Source of the DNA: Nemertoderma westbladi
Taxonomy: Eukaryota > Animalia > Xenacoelomorpha
Length of the DNA: 64,000 nucleotides
Assembly: GCA_032718475.1 (NCBI GenBank)
Contig: JAUCBJ010005512.1
Coordinates: forward strand, 62,001 to 126,000
Direction of reading: 5' to 3'
The position numbers and the translations under genes are program-made. Below the pieces are notes generated by a model. That model saw nothing but the letters and a program-made list of their open reading frames with translations. It made no database searches and was not told the origin of the DNA. Of this stretch, positions 39,338 to 51,629 are shown piece by piece (positions within the stretch are counted from its first letter, which is position 1; each line of letters begins with the position of its first letter).

Positions 39338-40333
39338 ATGTACTGCCATATATGTGGAAATATAATCGAAGGCGAACACACTAAATACTGTCACAATTGT
39401 GGGAGTGCATTGTCTCATTCAATTATGCATATAGATGAGAATGATTTTTTGCAAACTGAAACTCTCACTGGTGTCTGTACCAGCACCAGCACTCCTGTTG
39501 TTAACCGCAGTGGTAGTGATAAGATTAATCGGAAACGTACCATTCTTTCATTTGATGAATACATAAGTTCTAAAGGGAAACAATGGAAAGAACGAGTACC
39601 CGGTGGGATTGGTGGCTCAAGCCCTGGCAATCGGGCAGGATCTAGTGATGTATCAATCGGGATTGGAATGATATATTGGAACGACGTCGATGGCAAATTC
39701 AAGGTTCGACGCGGTAAGAGGCTAGCACTATCAGTTAATGAAACGGATAAGTATAATGATTTGTTGAATAAGGCCTTAAATAAGTGGAAGGCATATTGTC
39801 CTGATTGTTATGATGAACATATGTCTTATTGTTTAACTTTTGAAAATGGCATTACTGCAGAATTTCTCCCAGGTAGTAAGGAGATTTTTAATTTAAAGAT
39901 ATATAAGGAAAATGTCGGAAAACAGTACAGCCGGATCACCCTGTATTTATGTAGCCAAGATGATAGGGAAGATTTTGAAGGGATTCAAATAAGAGAGTCT
40001 GTGGTTGAGTCTGTGAGCGATACGCAACAGGTAAATGAACAAGTATGTGAGAATAATAGGCCTACTGATTTTGAAAACACAACATTAGCACAAGATAATC
40101 CCGTAATCGAATCAGTTTCCAGCAAGGGACTGGTCACAACATTGGGACAACAAGATAATCCTATTATGCTTGGTTACTTAGATGAAGATTTCCCATTGCA
40201 GTATTTGTGTGAAATTAAACCATGGAAATATGATAATATTACAAGTTTTATTGATTCTCTATCTAACTCAGTTAATCAGGAAGTTCAATTCGAAGGAAGT
40301 TCAAGAGAAACGATTGTCAGAACTAGCCCTTAG
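39338..40333 (+). CDS. Second ORF of the IS3EU-type element; N-terminal zinc ribbon, probably 3'-truncated
   Basis: MYCHICG..YCHNCG; runs into hAT-derived sequence at ~40296. Confidence 0.65.
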   Translation: MYCHICGNIIEGEHTKYCHNCGSALSHSIMHIDENDFLQTETLTGVCTSTSTPVVNRSGSDKINRKRTILSFDEYISSKGKQWKERVPGGIGGSSPGNRAGSSDVSIGIGMIYWNDVDGKFKVRRGKRLALSVNETDKYNDLLNKALNKWKAYCPDCYDEHMSYCLTFENGITAEFLPGSKEIFNLKIYKENVGKQYSRITLYLCSQDDREDFEGIQIRESVVESVSDTQQVNEQVCENNRPTDFENTTLAQDNPVIESVSSKGLVTTLGQQDNPIMLGYLDEDFPLQYLCEIKPWKYDNITSFIDSLSNSVNQEVQFEGSSRETIVRTSP

Positions 40334-40537
40334 TATAGAGTCAGAAACATTAGATAGCTTAGAATTAGATGTAGTAATTACCGAATTTGCTTCACTTAAA
40401 ACACAAGAATAAAAATCATTAAATTTGCAACTTTCTTATTTTGTGTAATTTTTGTTAGGGGGGGGGGGGGGGGGGGGGGGGGGTGGCGCTCCCAGTGGGC
40501 CTTGCCCCCGGGCGCAAAAAACCTAGCTCCGCCCCTG
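40296..40537 (+). mobile_element. 3' end of a hAT transposon (dimerisation-domain tail plus right TIR)
   Basis: QEKRLSELALSIESETLDSLELDVVITEFAS resembles the hAT C-terminal consensus; ends CTAGCTCCGCCCCTG (reverse complement CAGGGGCGGAGCTAG). Confidence 0.65.
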
Positions 40538-40812
40538 CCCCCCCCCCCTCATATCTCCCGTCTCTGAAATAATATTATGTTGTAACCCGGGCAACGTCAG
40601 GCTCGTAGTGTAGCTACTACTGTACAATATAAAACAATACTACTGTACTGTATGTACAACGCATCTCTTAATATTGTAGTACAAATTGTACTGTAGTACA
40701 AATTTGAATTTGATGAACGATTATAGCAATTGGTTTCCTACAGTGTATGAGTATGTTACTATGTGAGTTTGGGGGAGCAGTCTTTTATGCAATTCACTTG
40801 TTCATTCGTGAT

Positions 40813-41939
40813 TCACTGCCCCTGTTCCGCCACGTGCATTAGAGTTTCATAGTTCGTAAGGGCGGTTCCTACATCAGATGAGAATGGCAGTTGTTTGATA
40901 GTAAATACCATGGATAAATAGTCCTGATAGATATTTCTATACTGTGGCACTATGATATGGTCCATTAAAGAATTTAAATCATGAACCGAGATCTCTGAAT
41001 TGAAACATCTTCTGAAAGATAGTACAAACAATCCGGACGTCCATTTACTCTACTATACTGGGACTTTCTTATTAGGTGTGTGTTCCACTGTTCTTTCACG
41101 AGATTGAGTTCGTCCTGAATTATCCCAGAAAAACAGTACCATAAGCACTCTTTTGCTAGTGGGGAACTCAAGTCTATGACACCGCGTGCTTCTAGATCAC
41201 CGAAAAAATTCCGCCACCACAATGATCGTGTTTTCGAAAACTGAGACCACCAGGCCTCGATACGCTGATTATGCTGGGAGGAAACATAACGGTGAGCGTT
41301 TATATTTTGATGTAGAAAGGCTTGAATAGAAGCAGCGATACAGTTTTCTGTACCGAGATCGCTAATTAGTTTTTGGGGATAACCTAAGTTTCTAATGGTG
41401 TTGAGAAACAAAGAAGCAATGTTATCGGGGCAGTTATTTGAACGGATCACATTTAACCAAAGTATCTTGCGGCTATAACCATCAATACAGCCGTGAATAG
41501 GGAATCCCCAGGGTTTGAGCTTGTCGTACCCATCTATATGCCAAGTATAGTTGGGTCCTCGACTGTAATATACCCTTCTTTTGAGTTTGTGGCGTTTACG
41601 TAGTTCAGTCCCATCAGGGTCAATCTCTTTTAGAAGTTTCTGTACTAACAGACGTGGAACAACTACTCCCTGTAAACGAAGCGCGTGCCAAACAGTGCGG
41701 TATCCTGCAAGACTCCCTGGTCCTTCAATTACATTCTTTATTCTCTCACGAATTGCCTCTTCAGAGATCAGATGCAGATGATTATTTCCTCTACGTCTAT
41801 ATAAACCATAATGTAGTAGGCGCCTTAGCAATGTCCTAATACTCAAATTTAAACCGAAAGCGTGTAAAAATGTTACAATTTCTTTATACGAAAATCCACA
41901 ATTAAAATAATGAGTGATAAGTTCCTCTTCAGATGCCAT
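40813..41939 (-). CDS. Integrase-core DDE transposase of the IS3EU-type element (frameshift near 41000)
   Basis: WHIDGYDKLKPWGFPIHGCIDGYSRKILWL, SDLGTEN, NQRIEAWW, WNTHLIRK; the C-terminal tail appears to continue in ORF 40813..41031. Confidence 0.85.
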
Positions 41940-42393
41940 ATTACTCTGTGCCGGTACCTAATGTAATGGGGGTGTAGGTTGAATAAATGCAAAGTTGATA
42001 ATAAGGAATAAATGAATAATGAATATAATAATGTTGATATCTAAATTTTAATGTTGATAACATAAATGTTAATGTTGATAACCTAAATGTTAATGTTGAT
42101 AACATAAATGTTAATGTTGATAACCTAAATGTTAATGTTGATAACCTAAATGTTAATGTTGATAACATAAATGTTAATGTTGATAACCTAAATGTTAATG
42201 TTGATAACCTAAATGTTAATGTTGATAACCTAAATGTTAATGTTGATAACCTAAATGTTAATGTTGATAACTAAATGTTAATGTTGATAACCTAAATGTT
42301 AATGTTGATAACCTAAATGTTAATGTTGTTTTATAAATGTTGTATGGCTGTCACTTATGGGCCACCGTAGGATAGGGAGTAACACACGATATA

Positions 42394-44997
42394 ATAGGAT
42401 AGGATAGGATAGGATAGGATAGGATAGGATAGGATAGGATAGGATAGGATAGGATAGGATAGGATAGGATAGGATAGGATAGGATAGGATAGGATAGGAT
42501 AGGATAGGATAGGATAGGATAGGATAGGATAGGATAGGATAGGATAGGATAGGATAGGATAGGATAGGATAGGATAGGATAGGATAGGATAGGATAGGAT
42601 AGGATAGGATAGGATAGGATAGGATAGGATAGGATAGGATAGGATAGGATAGGATAGGATAGGATAGGATAGGATAGGATAGGGTAGGGTAGGGTAGGAT
42701 AGGATAGGATAGGATAGGATAGGATAGGATAGGATAGGATAGGATAGGATAGGATAGGATAGGATAGGATAGGATAGGATAGGATAGGATAGGATAGGAT
42801 AGGATAGGATAGGATAGGATAGGATAGGATAGGATAGGATAGGATAGGATAGGATAGGATAGGATAGGATAGGATAGGATAGGATAGGATAGGATAGGAT
42901 AGGATAGGATAGGATAGGATAGGATAGGATAGGATAGGATAGGATAGGATAGGATAGGATAGGATAGGATAGGATAGGATAGGATAGGATAGGATAGGAT
43001 AGGATAGGATAGGATAGGATAGGATAGGATAGGATAGGATAGGATAGGATAGGATAGGATAGGATAGGATAGGATAGGATAGGATAGGATAGGATAGGAT
43101 AGGATAGGATAGGATAGGATAGGATAGGATAGGATAGGATAGGATAGGATAGGATAGGATAGGATAGGATAGGATAGGATAGGATAGGATAGGATAGGAT
43201 AGGATAGGATAGGATAGGATAGGATAGGATAGGATAGGATAGGATAGGATAGGATAGGATAGGATAGGATAGGATAGGATAGGATAGGATAGGATAGGAT
43301 AGGATAGGATAGGATAGGATAGGATAGGATAGGATAGGATAGGATAGGATAGGATAGGATAGGATAGGATAGGATAGGATAGGATAGGATAGGATAGGAT
43401 AGGATAGGATAGGATAGGATAGGATAGGATAGGATAGGATAGGATAGGATAGGATAGGATAGGATAGGATAGGATAGGATAGGATAGGATAGGATAGGAT
43501 AGGATAGGATAGGATAGGATAGGATAGGATAGGATAGGATAGGATAGGATAGGATAGGATAGGATAGGATAGGATAGGATAGGATAGGATAGGATAGGAT
43601 AGGATAGGATAGGATAGGATAGGATAGGATAGGATAGGATAGGATAGGATAGGATAGGATAGGATAGGATAGGATAGGATAGGATAGGATAGGATAGGAT
43701 AGGATAGGATAGGATAGGATAGGATAGGATAGGATAGGATAGGATAGGATAGGATAGGATAGGATAGGATAGGATAGGATAGGATAGGATAGGATAGGAT
43801 AGGATAGGATAGGATAGGATAGGATAGGATAGGATAGGATAGGATAGGATAGGATAGGATAGGATAGGATAGGATAGGATAGGATAGGATAGGATAGGAT
43901 AGGATAGGATAGGATAGGATAGGATAGGATAGGATAGGATAGGATAGGATAGGATAGGATAGGATAGGATAGGATAGGATAGGATAGGATAGGATAGGAT
44001 AGGATAGGATAGGATAGGATAGGATAGGATAGGATAGGATAGGATAGGATAGGATAGGATAGGATAGGATAGGATAGGATAGGATAGGATAGGATAGGAT
44101 AGGATAGGATAGGATAGGATAGGATAGGATAGGATAGGATAGGATAGGATAGGATAGGATAGGATAGGATAGGATAGGATAGGATAGGATAGGATAGGAT
44201 AGGATAGGATAGGATAGGATAGGATAGGATAGGATAGGATAGGATAGGATAGGATAGGATAGGATAGGATAGGATAGGATAGGATAGGATAGGATAGGAT
44301 AGGATAGGATAGGATAGGATAGGATAGGATAGGATAGGATAGGATAGGATAGGATAGGATAGGATAGGATAGGATAGGATAGGATAGGATAGGATAGGAT
44401 AGGATAGGATAGGATAGGATAGGATAGGATAGGATAGGATAGGATAGGATAGGATAGGATAGGATAGGATAGGATAGGATAGGATAGGATAGGATAGGAT
44501 AGGATAGGATAGGATAGGATAGGATAGGATAGGATAGGATAGGATAGGATAGGATAGGATAGGATAGGATAGGATAGGATAGGATAGGATAGGATAGGAT
44601 AGGATAGGATAGGATAGGATAGGATAGGATAGGATAGGATAGGATAGGATAGGATAGGATAGGATAGGATAGGATAGGATAGGATAGGATAGGATAGGAT
44701 AGGATAGGATAGGATAGGATAGGATAGGATAGGATAGGATAGGATAGGATAGGATAGGATAGGATAGGATAGGATAGGATAGGATAGGATAGGATAGGAT
44801 AGGATAGGATAGGATAGGATAGGATAGGATAGGATAGGATAGGATAGGATAGGATAGGATAGGATAGGATAGGATAGGATAGGATAGGATAGGATAGGAT
44901 AGGATAGGATAGGATAGGATAGGATAGGATAGGATAGGATAGGATAGGATAGGATAGGATAGGATAGGATAGGATAGGATAGGATAGGATAGGATAG
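42394..44997. repeat. (GGATA)n pentanucleotide array, ~2.6 kb
   Basis: Near-perfect; three AGGGT variants at 42681-42695. Confidence 0.98.
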
Positions 44998-45200
44998 TAC
45001 AGTATAAAAGCGCAGACTGCTATTTTTTCATCATTATTTGTTATATTAATTCTTTGGCATTAGGCCTATTTGTTATATTAATTATTATCAATGCAACAAT
45101 TTACATCATTATTTATTTGTGTTTTATAATTTTATTTATATTAAGTATTTTTATGTACCATAAACTTTATTAAAGCATTTACTAGGGGGATAATTTCTAT

Positions 45201-45311
45201 TGACCCCGCGCCCGTGTAGATTGAATAAAGGCCCACAAGGAGTGAGCGTGACCCCGCGCCCGGGTAGATTTAATAAAGGCCCACAAGGAGTGAGCGTGAC
45301 CCCGCGCCCGG
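45201..45311. repeat. 48-bp tandem repeat, third copy cut by the element 2 insertion
   Basis: TGACCCCGCGCCCG..GTAGATT..AATAAAGGCCCACAAGGAGTGAGCG at 45201 and 45249; the copy at 45297 is truncated at the LTR TGT. Confidence 0.85.
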
Positions 45312-46395
45312 TGTAAAAGCTTTTGCGGACATAACAAGTCATTTTTCCGCAATGCGCAGAATACTCTAAAATAGCCCTAAATTTGTCCAACTACGCGACG
45401 GGAAGGGATTGGAGCTGGTGTGACGAAATCTATCAGCTGATTCTTTGTGGATGTGGAATTTTTCTTTGTTCTGCCTCATTCAGCCAATCAGAGTAATTTT
45501 CCCTTTATGTCTAACAGAGGCCTACGGAAACTCGCGCAATGCATTACGGTCTTTGTTTACCTTTTTCTGAGCCTCAGAACCAGCTCGGAATTCTCTGTGC
45601 TTCTGTGAGGAAGTTTCAGACTTTAGCATAGGGACATCAGATGGCTTTGATTATAAGAACGTAAACCTATTACCATATCATATCGCACCAACTTACCCAA
45701 TGCATTACGTAACACATACTGACTGTTCACCGCATTATTTTACTTCTGTTTACGGTCTGTTATTAATTGTTGTTATATTAATGGATATTGCTGTTATATT
45801 TGGAGAATACCGATAAATAATCATAAAACCCCCAATCTTCTTGATTACTGAAGGTAAGAGGAACAGGTTTACCGGTAGCAACTGCGACTTACATTATATT
45901 GGTTTTGTGTGAGCTAAATGCTATTTCATAATCCCTACATGTGTCAGTTGTGACCCTCCTTATATATGATCAAATTCAGTGACGGTCGGCAGATTAGTGT
46001 GAAGTAGTGTGAAGGTAATAAAGCATCTCCTAAAGAATGCGCTATTTACGAAACTCTGTGGCCATCTAGTTGTGATTAGTATAAGTCATAACTCTTTTTT
46101 ATACTTAAAGCACCACGCCCCAAAGGAACTGTTAATATTTCCCCGAAAGTACAGTAAATATATTTGTCAGAGATAGTAACGATCAATCGAATAATACAGT
46201 AGGTCTACACTGCAATAATTTCAAGGCATCCGAATCCAGTCTCCCAAAACCGTGGGTGATAGGTCGCGCACGGACTGGCTTCGGCTGATGTAACTTCAGT
46301 ACATTAGGTAATTGTTAAATGCTAAAGTCGATTTATAAATAAGAGGACAACTAAAATTGGCAGGTTAAACTGCTAAAGGTCTAAAAGCGCGAACA
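45312..46395 (+). repeat. 5' LTR of element 2
   Basis: TGTAAAAGCTTTTG...AAAAGCGCGAACA, homologous to 6124-7334. Confidence 0.85.
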
Positions 46396-48291
46396 GTAAT
46401 AGATTTCAAGTTTCTTTATTGCGCCGTAGGCAATAAAGGCGAATGTACCGGTCGGACGGTAAACTGTAGGCCTAACTGCCCAACCACCCGAACCGGTACT
46501 TACAGGTACAGCAGTATTATTCGTTGTGATAATTATATACCGGTAGGTCTTGATATTTAATCGGGACTGCAGCCCTGGTTTTTATTGAGATTTTACTTAT
46601 TTCTGTCAGTTTTATTTATCTGTAAGTGTAATATTGAGCAGAAGGCATGTAAGCCTGCTCAGATTGTATAAATAATTTGTAGGCCGGATTGTTGTCTAAC
46701 AGTTGTTAGGTCTGAGGAGATTGCAGTATGTGTAGAGTGTCTGTCCGATAAAGTGCTAGTTAGGAAGGTGGGGGCATCCAGTGCTGTAAGGTAAATCCCC
46801 CCCCCCCCCCCCGAAAGAATAAGTCGTACTACTTGGTTAGAACGCCTACTAACTAACCATTTCGGAGTCTGTATATACTGTAGTTTATTTAGGCTTGACA
46901 GTAGTCTGCCAGCATTTGGTCTGTATTTTATTTGAATAGTCTGCACGGGTAGCGTAATATTTATTATTCAGAGTCTATGCGAGTATTCGCAACCTCCAAT
47001 TCCCCAAGTTTATTCCTACAGTAATTGTGCTTGTTATACATACCGTTATAGTTAAATTAACCCCGGTACTACATCAGGGCTGCTTGGCGTAGGTAAAGAC
47101 TGATGATTTTGTGCTCTGGTCACTCCAGCAGATACCGTGGTTCTTTTGGCTGTTCAAGTATATTTAACTGCTGGTTATTTGTTGTATAAGTACTTGTACC
47201 TAATTTAGGGTTTAGAGTACAGTGCTTTCCGAAAGTAATTTAGTGTGTGGGCAGTATATTTGTGTTATAACGTGGTTAATAGGCACGTTAGCTCTGGTTG
47301 GCTTCGGTAATTAACCTCTAGGTAAGGAGACTCCGGGTACATAATGTAGTACTTATAGAGCTAAGACTATAAGTCGTCAGACAGTGGTATTTCCTTATCT
47401 GGACAACGCAACTTACTTACTACTACTTTATTGTTTTCAAATACCGTAGTTTCCTGTCAGTTTGTAAGAACCAGAAATTCTAACTCCTTGTTAGGCTGGT
47501 TTGTAGATTTCTTGTAAAATTACCCTAACAAATTGTACGTGTAACTTGTTATTGTTTATTTAAAGATTGTAATCTCAACCTGTTTGTAATTGTAAGTAAT
47601 TGTAAGTAATTTGTAGTGATAAGTAACTTAGTAAAGTAGAATTATCTGTATTAGTGTCCAACAAGTACCACTCCACTGAGAGCGTTCAGCTTCTGTGTAG
47701 TGACTCCTTATCCAGAAATAATAACATTTATTTCAAATATTGTCAAAACCCCTTGTACGGGTATATATATATTTATAAATCAACTCAAACAGATTTATAA
47801 AATAGTAGGCCTGTCATACATCAAATAGGTCTTAATATCAGTTGAACTACTGCTTAATATCAGTAATAAAGTAAAGGGAAGTAACCCTAAAATTCAGAAA
47901 TTCAGTTATTATTAAATAATTGACATTACCAGTATTTACGGTAAGCTTATTATATTTATTTATATAAATTTAGGCTGAAATTATATACCGGTATTCTGTG
48001 ACTAATCCTAGTCTGTAATAATACTTATATATATACTATAAGTGGGTTTAAGTGGGTTTATAAGTGGCTTTATTATTTTTAAACCAGACTGATCATAATT
48101 ATATTGCCATGTAAATTTTGAATTTTTTAACTATACTATAAGTGTATACCGGTATTTTAATATTATATATATATCACGTTACACTGAGTAACGGTATCGG
48201 TAATTAATTACTAGGCTTACAGTTGATACTGAATTACTAGACTTGCTTTAACTGTCGTTATAGTAGTAGGCATTCAGCTGTAAAATAAATC

Positions 48292-51200
48292 ATGGCTAAC
48301 ACAAAACAAACACTGTCAGATAGTCTCCTAGAAAGAACAATCTGTGACTCAGATAAGAGTATAGAACATCTGAGACCAAAGTCCAAGTCCCCTCCTACTG
48401 TAAGAAAGGTCATCCCTACAGTAGTAGTATCAGACCCTAGGCTAGTAAAGCACCATAGGTCTATTATAGGCACTAGGGCTCAAGTTAAGCGGGACCAAGA
48501 GGCAGCTGTTAAACAGCAGCAGCACCCGAGCCGAGAACTTATTTCTCAATGGCAGGATAACTCTAGTAGTTCAGACACTGAAGAGTTGACGCCCGAGATC
48601 GGAGCAAGGATGGCAGAAGCGGTTTATCCAGATCCACTTCTAATTCTTCCTGGGACACTAGAGATCCAGCTGTATGGAAGAGGTCGGCAGCAGGATATGT
48701 CCAGGGATTCTTCAGCTCTTTAGAGCGATTAGAAGAACACTTATTTGAACAACGCCAAGGACCTCAAGAGCAGGGAGAGCTGCTTTATCAAGTGCAAGAA
48801 CGAATTTTATGGATCAGACTAATCCTTTCAGCCTTTGAGGAAGCCTCGAAGAGAAGCCAAGACACGTCGTTGCAAGTGGCCGTAAAGACTTGGTTCCAAC
48901 GGGTGAGTCTTAAAGTCCAGGGAACGACACAATGGAAAGTTCAGCTAACGGAGCGCATGACCCACGGAGAATCAACAGACGCTACCTTTTCTCAGGTGGA
49001 AGGCGAAGCTACATCCGAAAAACCTCAGAAGAAGGATGCTACGGACATCTATCTGTCGGACTATCAACGATTTATAGGTGACAAAGAGCTAAGGAGACGG
49101 CTAGCTGGACTTCACCCTAATAGTGAGGGAGCCAAACTCGTTAGATGCGGAAATATTAGCCGCGGAGCAGGCTAAATTTGATGAAAGCATCCTCATCGCT
49201 ATGGAACAGGAAGAACAAATAAAGAAACGGCAAATAGAAGACCAAAAGTTGGCAGCAGCGGCAGAAGCTGAAAGAAAGGCGGCGGAAGCTGAAAGAAAAG
49301 CGGCAGTGGCAGAAGCAGAACGGAAGGCATCTGAAGCGACTACCCAACTAGAGCTGGAGAACCTTCAGGCGAAACAAGATTACTTGAATAAACAAAGGAC
49401 AGCTACTCAGATGCAACTACCGAGTCGATCTACTCCCAGAAGACAGGGATTTACCTCCTCCGATGAGGGTGATACAACAGATCCCGAGGGGAAAGGTAAT
49501 AAATCTCATTCAAGCGGACGTAGAAGAACGCCACGCCGTCAGAAGTTACCTAATTTACCTCCTGCGGTGAGAAGGCAACTAGCTAATCTAGACTTAAGTA
49601 ATCAAGAACCTACAGACCAAATTATTAGAGTAGAAAGACTCCCTACTATAGTAGATGAGCCTGAAATAATTAGGCCTGTCATTGAAGCCACTCCGGTGAT
49701 AGAGACCCCTGTACTTCCAGAACCTAACTCTAAATTCCCTTTGCACAGTACTAAACTACATGTGCCCAGTAGACAAGCCCCAGAACCACATTCAGTCCTG
49801 GATGCCGAGCAAGACATAAATGACTCGTCTCCCGTCGCCCCTACGTGTCACCCCGCTACCATGTTGGCGGCTCCCGCTTCGGCGGTTGAGTGGGTGGACG
49901 AGGGACGGCGGGGGATGAATCAGTTGCTCGGGCAGCTGGAGGACCATAAGAACAGGTCTTTCCAGCAGGTCCGAGAATTGGAAGGGACTGTTCAGCAGTT
50001 AAAGGGAACAGTAAGAGAGAGTAGGTTAGAGTTGCAAGAAGTACAACAAAGTATCGCTTTAGAGCGAGATAAATTAGTAAATATACAAATGGGTATACCA
50101 CCACCCCCTGTAACAATGTGTCAGCCCGTTAGGTCTGAAGTATTTCATGGGCAAGGTGTGGAGCCTACACGCATCTATACTGCTAGTGAAGTAGAAACTC
50201 CTATAGTAAACCCTATTAAGGGTAATTATAAACCCGTTGATAATGATATCCCATACAGATCTGATCATAATCCGAGAAATTTATATACCGATAACTCGAT
50301 ATTAAATAATACGATGGCTCAAGAAAGTTTTATACATCAAATGGCTAGAACCGAAGCTTGTCAAGCGGTAAAGGTGGGAGAGGTCGTCAAGTTCAATGGA
50401 GATGAGATGAAATGGTTACCTTTTAATGAATATTATAAAGATAACATACAGAACTCTGTACTATCCAATGGAGAGAAACTTAGATTCCTCATCGAGTGCC
50501 TGGAAGGACCTCCCAAATTAAAGGCGTTAAAGTTTATTGGACATCCAGATGGATTAAGACAAGTTTGGGATACACTAAACATAAGGTATGGTAATAGGAC
50601 TAACATAGCTAGGTATTTATATGCGAAATTATTAGCGCCCCGAAAGTTTCTTAGCAGTGGGATTATAGAGTTTTCCGATGAGATTCAGGAGATCTGTAGA
50701 CAGCTAGATTGGTTAGGTAAGTCTCAAGAATACCAGAGTTCTATGGTTGTTGGAGCCGTAGCATCTACTTTACCAAAGGGTGGAGTAGGTACGCATTGGG
50801 ACAAAAAGGTTCTCTATATGATGGACCAGCAACAAAGAGACCCTACCATGGCTGATCTCATGTCATTCTTAAATGGAGAGGTAAGATTACAGCTCCTAAA
50901 GCAGTCCAGAGAGAAGACACCGGAAAGTAAGGTGAGTGAAAAACCCGTTTCTAGAAGAAAGGTAACACCAGTGTGTTATACGGACGATGGCGAAAGCCAA
51001 ACCTTATACGAGGAGAACAGCGGTAAGGACATCGAAAGATCGTATTATGTCAATAAAATAAGGAAAGACGTAAGTAAATCTAAGTCTCGAACCAGTGACA
51101 GGAGAGAACAGGTAACAACTCCTCCTACGTCTCCTAAGAGAATTCATGGAAGAAAGCCCGAGGAAAGAACCAGTGTGCACAACACAACACAGGTTAAAGT

Positions 51201-51624
51201 AAGTAACATCAAACCCAAGTGTGCATTGTGCGATGGGCCACATCGCTTGAGTGAGTGTGATGAATTCTTGAAGAAATCCCTGAAGGATAGACGTGATGTC
51301 ATGTGGGATAAGCGGTTGTGTTATAATTGCCTCAGACGAGGACATCAACGACGGACCTGTTACTCAGACGCAAGGTGTGCTAAGTGCGGTGCGAAACATC
51401 ACATCTTGCTGCACGCAGAATTTGACAGAACCCGCACGAGTCAGGTAAGTGAGCCCGAACTACATGTCCAATTCAGTGATGTGAACGACGCTGACCACAG
51501 TTCTGAGATGGAAGGATTCTACACGGACGAATTCTCCGACGAAAATGAATCCTGTTATATGATAAACACCGCTGTGTATCTAGCACTTACGTACGAGACT
51601 GAATCGGAAGCGGAAAATCCTTGA
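48292..51624 (+). pseudogene. BEL/Pao gag (frameshifted)
   Basis: KFNGDEMKWLPF..EKLRFLIECLEG..LNIRYG core; BEL triple Cys/His array CALCDGPHRLSEC, CYNCLRRGHQRRTC, CAKCGAKHHILLH. Confidence 0.9.
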
Positions 51625-51629
51625 CTGAC

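Larger units (their letters stand above)
38641..42369. mobile_element. IS3EU-type DNA transposon with two convergent ORFs
   Basis: TIR TACGGTGGCCCATAAGTGACAGCCATACAACATTTATAAAACAA; TAC..GTA termini; 6-bp TSD GGATAG (38635-38640, 42370-42375); 21-bp subterminal arrays at both ends. Confidence 0.85.

Noticed and set aside
42394-44997. (GGATA)n as an interstitial telomere
   Set aside because: The unit is not TTAGG/TTAGGG and nothing in the window indicates a chromosome end.
45425-45433. GAAATCTAT complementary to the post-LTR ATAGATTTC, as Tf1-like self-priming
   Set aside because: Only 9 nt, lies in probable U3, and is not conserved in the other LTR; compatible with chance.
6124-46395. The two similar LTRs as the ends of one 40-kb element
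   Set aside because: The first follows a PPT and the second precedes gag; their 5' halves are strongly diverged and there is no shared TSD.
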